Origin: the human T2T-CHM13v2.0 reference genome, Homo sapiens
Length of the DNA stretch: 64,000 nt
Reading direction: 5' to 3' (one strand)
Assembly (NCBI RefSeq): GCF_009914755.1
Contig: NC_060927.1
In this document: positions 56,820 through 64,000 of the stretch, piece by piece
Numbering within the stretch: the first letter of the stretch is position 1
How the letters are laid out: every line of letters starts with the position of its first letter
Made by a program: the position numbers and the translations under genes
The notes under the pieces: model-generated
What the model was told of the DNA's origin: nothing
The model's database searches: none
Seen by the model: only the letters and a program-made list of their open reading frames with translations

Positions 56820-57170
56820 TAGGTAAAGTGTACTGGACTTGGATTCACAAAACCCAGGCTTACATCTCAGCTTTATTCCTTAAGAACTACATGATTCTCA
56901 ACAGTGGCTTACATGCCTTCAAACTTATCTGTTCAATACAGGTAATACCACCAATTCCACTGGGTTGTTATGAACAATAACTGGAAGATAATAAACAGAC
57001 TAGCATATAGCAATTGCCCAGTACTTCAAAGATGCTCGGGGAACAACAATTGAATATGATTCTGAATATAACCCATTAAGTCACTTTAATTCTCTGAGAC
57101 TGATTCCCCTTATTTACAATACAAGGATAATAGTTATCTTACTTATTATACAGGATGTGATAAGAATCAA
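56820..57170 (+). mobile_element. MIR fragments
   Basis: tactggacttggattcacaaaacccagg; aagtcactttaattctctgagactgattccccttatttacaa. Confidence 0.6.
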
Positions 57171-58427
57171 AATCAGCAGCAGACCATGGATCTGATGGCA
57201 CTTTCTAAAGGGAAATGTAAAGCATTTGTAAGGAAATGTAAATAATGTAAGACATTATTATTAAATACCTCACTTATCACATAAGCATTGCAGAGGAAAC
57301 ATTGCGGACGTGCTAGAATCTTGACACCACTCAAGCACATATGGTCCCCTCATGGTCTCAACTTCAGGGAAGAATTCCTAAATCAGGTCCACTTTTCATC
57401 GTATTTGCTAATCACATTACATGTTGAACATTCTCTAAAGCCCTGACATTTTCAAACAGGGCCAAAAAAGATTGATATGCCTGAGGAACCCAGATATTTA
57501 CTTCCTCTCAGCCAAGAATCCCCATCTGTTGGTATCAGTTGACATTTGAGATAACTTGCCCCCAGTAAACATGCATTTTAAATCCTGACTTCAGAAAACA
57601 GACTCAGAAGATTCATCACTCAAGTTTTCAACAAGAGAAATAATTGAATAAGAATGAAGAAAGAATTGTATTGGAAAGCAGGGAAGCAAAAATATAAGTG
57701 GACAAAAGTTAGAGAAGTGCTTTTGGGAAATAAATAAGAATGGTGAACAAGGATGAGAAACATCTACCACACTGATTAGATTCACTCCAAGAAGTCAAGA
57801 TTATTAGTGAAACCTCTTAGGGGAGACAAAACACAGCCATTTTCTCTTTCCTTCTTCTTTTCCCTTGTCTTCATGCCTCCCCAGCACAAAAACTGTATAA
57901 CAGAGATATTCATGCCAAGTATGGATTGCTTTCTAGAGCCAGCACTCTAACTTTTGTCATAAGAAAATGATGCACACAGAAGCAACCTATATGCTGTGCT
58001 CTGTTATCTACTGATGCCTGTGTTCTCCTCAACACTGTGGCAGTCAACTATCTGGAGGGATATGGAGCTTAGTGGGAAGCTGCCACATCTTCACTTTTGC
58101 TTCAATAAGGTAAGGGGATCATGCTGTATATCTTCACACCTCTCTTCTGCCTTGTTATGCCAAATGGTATATTCAGCCAGGCATCTGGTAGTCACATGTT
58201 TACCGCACCAAAGAAAATTTTAGGCGCTTACAGAAAATAACTGCTCAGAATACATACAGCTTTATTCAATTGTAAGATAAAGATGTATCTATTTCTATTC
58301 ATTCTTTCATAATATTTGTGAAACCCGTAAGTATGGCACATGATATAGAAACCTAGTAGTAAAACTCTTGTCACTACACAATGTCCTTGGCTTTAACCCA
58401 CCAGTTTATATTTTTATTCAAGGATAA

Positions 58428-58726
<299 letters not shown>

Positions 58727-59383
58727 TATTCAGGTATTTTATATTCACTGTTTTTCTTCTCATAAAACTTGGTTAATGCTGAAGATCTCCTTAATTAGTT
58801 GGATAAATTACACCTTCCCACATGGAAAAATTCCTTGGCGGATGCATCAACATTTTTCTTCTGTACTTCCTCAAAGCACAAGTTATGGTTTCAGCGTATA
58901 CAAGGTTTTCAAGAAATATTGCCATCAGATTGATTAAATGACTGACTGCATAGCTTTTTATTTTTCTTAACAGTTAAATAGCATTTATATTTCAATAAGG
59001 GGTTTTTACTCTGTAAATCACAGATTCCAAATCACAATTTGCAATAGCAGAGCTCACCTGCCAAAACAACTTCAAATTAAATAGCAACCTTTGTTACAGT
59101 ATTTTGCAGCCATATCTGGGAAATGCAATTGACACTGGCATGGAGTAGAAATAGTTTCCACAAGGCAAGAAAAGGCATATTGACTGGCAGGAGCATGCTC
59201 TGTTGCCTTGACACACAAGCAAGAATTCGGCCCCAATCTGTTGGAGTCTCAAGGCTCACAAACCTGCCAGATTGCCATCTTTGTGCTGAATGCAAAATAA
59301 TCACAGTGGCTAAAAATGATAACTTGTGGATGGCTGGGATGGGAAGCAACATATTTAATCAATCTCTCCTTTTCACTCTGCAG

Positions 59384-59445
59384 GTTCTAACCATGAAAAC
59401 TGCACTCCAACTAGAGAGAATAATTTCCATTCTCAAACTCTGGAG
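59384..59445 (+). other. Candidate 62-nt exon (unverified)
   Basis: tttaat branch-like motif, tctctccttttcactctgcag|g acceptor, gag|gtaaga donor. Confidence 0.3.
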
Positions 59446-59810
59446 GTAAGAATATGTCATTCCACGATCCCTGAGTAATCTTACTTACAGCTTCCCTAGA
59501 AAATGCACATTTAGATTTAGCTTGTTGATGAGATTCAAATAATAGGCTTCATTGACTCCCAAGAGACTATGAAGTATCAATTTTTTAGCTCTTTGATTTC
59601 TTAAACCCTTTCCAGTCTGGTCTCCTCCTACAGATCAACCTATTCCTGGACTAGTTCTCAGAGTTTAGGAATGTTGAAGGAACAGTTGTTATTTTTGTAA
59701 CAAAATTTAATCTACCTGTGCAATTATTAGTTCTCAACACAGCTATTGTATACCTGTTACCATTTTTCTGATGTCATCTATATAGAAAGCACGAAGTATT
59801 TTCATGGTAG

Positions 59811-60189
<379 letters not shown>

Positions 60190-60957
60190 TAGGCAATTCT
60201 GAACTTTAAAATTTTATTTTCTCAGTCCTATTTCAAATATTTATGTTGTAATTTTTTTATTTATCAACATATATCCCTATTGTCTCTCATGCTTTTATTT
60301 CTTTAAATACCATAAATGAAAATAATATCTTTAAAAAGCATAATAGTTTTTGATTTTGAATAAGGATGAATAGACTTCATCATGACATTTCAGATATTTA
60401 GAACTGAAAGGAATATCAAGATGTTTAGGTAGATACTGATAATGACAACTGAAAGTAGTAGGTGAGTCACACTAGTGATGTTTAAACTGGTTGCCACAGT
60501 TTTCCCAAATCCTGGTAGATTGCTGGTGTTTCTGAGTTGTGGTCACAACTCCAAGGTGGTAGTTCTTGCCTACTTCTCTAAGAGCTTCACTACAGAGAGA
60601 AAAAAAAATTTCTCCAGAACTGGAAACCTCAAGTATTTAGAATAAAGAAAAGTATCTTTTCCTTTAATATGGAGTCTTGAGCTGAATGCAGCTTGCATCG
60701 TATGTTGACATTTTTAAGATGACGATTCAAATATCTCTCTTGGTAGCCTGGTTGTCATTATAATTACTTTTTATGTCAATGAGGCTACAGGCTTAAAAGC
60801 CTTTTGTTTCTAGAAGATACACAGGACAATTGATCTGCACATTTTTCATAGCAATCCTTTTATAAAGTGGAGGAGGCATTTTCTAGTCTTCTTTTCCTCA
60901 GGGACACTATTCTAGTTTTTACTATTCTTTATGATCTCTTTTCTCTACTCCTATTTT

Positions 60958-61306
60958 GTTTGGTTTTTATTTTATTTTTTATTTTTATAGAGTTGGGGAT
61001 ACAAGCGCAGTTTTTTTACGTGGAGATATTGTATAGCGGTGAAATCTGAGCTTTTAGTGTATTCATTGCGCAAATAATATATAGTACCCATTAAGTAATC
61101 TCTCATTCCTCACCACCCTCTACCTTCTGAGTATCCAATGTCTATTATCCCACTCTCTGTATCTATGTGTACATAGTATTTAGCTCCCATTTATAAGTGA
61201 GAACATGTGGTATTTGACTGTTTCTGAGTTATTTCTCTTACGCTAAAAACCTCTAATTCCATCCATGTTGCTAGGAAATGCATCATTTCATTCTTTTTCA
61301 TGGCTG
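60958..61306 (-). mobile_element. L1PB4-like 3' end
   Basis: tttagctcccatttataagtgagaacatgtggtatttg; TSD tactcctatttt at 60946 and 61309. Confidence 0.85.
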
Positions 61307-62239
61307 TTTACTCCTATTTTAAATCATGCTCTTCAGTATGCATTCTATTTTTTTATACATCCTTTTGTTTTTAATAATACTGGAGATGAAGTTTAGATAC
61401 ATGTTACTGAATAGTATAGCTTCATCTGAATGCTTTACATTCCATTATATACTTCGGTGGATATAAATGATAATAGTCCTAGAGGTGAGAAGTTGCGGTT
61501 GCTGCTGTTGTTATGTCAGTTTAGTTAGTTTCTGACTTCTCTCTGAAAGCTTCCATCAGTTAGCCAATCCATATCAGTACTGATTTAGTCATGTAGGCAT
61601 CAGTTATTATTTTATCTTATTTGTAAGGATTGTTTTCACAAAATGATAAGGATTATTACCTGTATCCTAAAAATAAATCTTTCAGTAATCAATATATGAA
61701 AAAGAAAATTATCATTTCAAGAAAATTTACATTTTCTTTTCTCCATAAATGCAAGTAACTTTTTGCATTTTTGGCAGGAAGTGAAAATTTCATAACAAAT
61801 GCAGCAAAATTAAGCATTGAGCAGAGAAAGGTGTCAGAACATTGCACGATATTCAGCTGAGAGTTACAAAGTATCATCAGCCAGATAAGGAAGAGAGAGA
61901 GGTGTTGTACTACTAAATTCTCCAGTTTTGAAATTTTCCATAAAGAATCGATGGGTCCAGAGTCTGGGTTAAAAACAAACAATATGAAATGAGGCTTGTT
62001 TCTAGAACTCTGGCCATTGTGACCCAGGGCCTGATTGTCACCATGCCACTGTACTCAACAATAGTTTTCAGGTTTTTAGATACTTCTGCAGACATATACA
62101 AATCAGTGAAAAGAAGAAAGGGATATTGTACAGATAAAACCACGTATTTGTATACATATTAGTCAATGCATAGATACTGAGCATCTTCTATGTACAGGGG
62201 TTATACCATGATGGAACACATGCATGATTTGCACTCATT

Positions 62240-62425
62240 GCAGTTTGTACACTTGAAGTCATACTCCGTTTGTATGCCTGTCTCCCCATTAGGGTGTATT
62301 CTCTTTTAGGACCAAAAACAAATTATTTCATTCTGTTTCTCCAGTCCCAACTAACATACTAGATGACTGATATACTAGATGACTGACTGCCAATTAAATG
62401 AATGGCTTAAAAATAAACAAATGCA
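62240..62425 (+). mobile_element. L2 3' end
   Basis: tgcctgtctccccattagggtgtattctcttttaggac...attaaatgaatg. Confidence 0.5.
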
Positions 62426-62447
62426 TCATGAATGCATGTGTAGCCTA

Positions 62448-62891
<444 letters not shown>

Positions 62892-63304
62892 TCAACTTGG
62901 ACATTGCATTTCCTTTAGAAGTTTACGATGAAATAAAAAATAAAGTTAAGATGGTCTTCAAAACAGTTACGATCTGAACAGAAATCTACTTTATGTCTGA
63001 ATATTTTTTCACTTTGTGCTTACGGCTTCCATCTTAGCTTTTTCACCTATGCTGCAACACTATTAAATGAGGTCATTTTACATGAGTAACTTTGATATCT
63101 GTTTGTTGATTCACAGCTTCTCTAACTTGGAGGCAGGAAAAACAAGCTAATGACAAAGATATTTGTATACCAACTTTCACCTTAGAAATTATAGTTTCCA
63201 AATACTCACAAGTAAAAATACCACAAACTTTAATGACTTAATTAAGCCAGTGGTAAAACACAATATATCTAGGAGGGTGTTAGTTACAATAGCAGGGAAA
63301 TTAT

Positions 63305-63500
63305 ATGGTTTTCAGCAAGGTGGACTAGAAGAATCAGGCTTTGGAACCAAAAACTAGACTCAAAATCTGATTGTTCCCTTTAATGAGGCTTCGCTGTAGC
63401 TTACTCTTTCTGCAAGTTAATTTTCTCATGTAAAATGGTGATAATATGACATATTTTGAGAGAGAATTCAGACTTTGCAAATCTTCCAACACCATGCTAG
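63305..63500 (+). mobile_element. MIR
   Basis: caggctttggaacca...ttttctcatgtaaaatggtgataata. Confidence 0.6.
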
Positions 63501-64000
63501 TTTCTTTTCTCTCACCTTTGCTAATATGAGAAAGACAGACTGATAAAACCTTGTGGGGTCAACACCCACTAAAATAATAAATGCTCCCATATGTCACTGA
63601 GTCATAAAAATCATAAACTGAGCTGTTCTTCCTGATGCATCTTTAACTTTAGGGAGTATTATTTACTTTTACCATTTTTGAGTAAGCAATTAAAGTATGT
63701 ATTTTATGTAATTGAAGGAATCTCCATTGATAGTAAAATATTACCAGGCCAATTGTTATTTGTATATTTTTTAAAAACCTTTTAAAAGAATAGTTCATTT
63801 GCTTGCAAAGCAAAAGATGCTGTGACTTACCAACAAGATCTGGCTGCCTTTTCTGTGTTACTTATTGTTGTGGCAAAAGAGGTTGTAAGTGTGACAAGAA
63901 AATATAACATAAGAACATGAATAAACAAATAAGGGCAGTTGTTATGAAAACTGATTCTTCCAGAATGAGGAGTTAAATGAGCTCTCTCCTTAGTACCTTC

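Noticed and set aside
62357-62389. tactagatgactga repeated twice
   Set aside because: Trivial slippage duplication inside an L2 tail

Overview
AT-rich, CpG-depleted primate DNA, very probably human (Alu J/S and L1PA2 are present), that looks intronic or intergenic. I see no recognisable cellular protein-coding exon, RNA gene, CpG island or CRISPR array. By eye, roughly half the window is interspersed repeat. The main elements are a full-length but inactivated L1PA8A with a perfect 15-bp TSD (46321-52739) and a young L1PA2 with a twin-priming 5' inversion and perfect 15-bp TSD (22930-24960). There are also two long, old L1M elements carrying nested insertions, solo LTRs (MER4-group, MLT1, MST-like, LTR47-like), ten Alus, and many MIR/L2 relics. 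Every ORF with a recognisable product is L1 ORF1/ORF2 debris or Alu read-through. Signals not explained by known repeats are a diverged ~180-bp direct duplication (4239-4420 / 6080-6258), three plus-strand exon-like units with good splice signals, a locally CpG-retaining stretch near 29 kb, and a few candidate TF motifs and non-B-DNA microsatellites. I found no convincing new biological system. Repeat subfamily names come from recalled consensus features, not from a search, and boundaries of old repeats are approximate.
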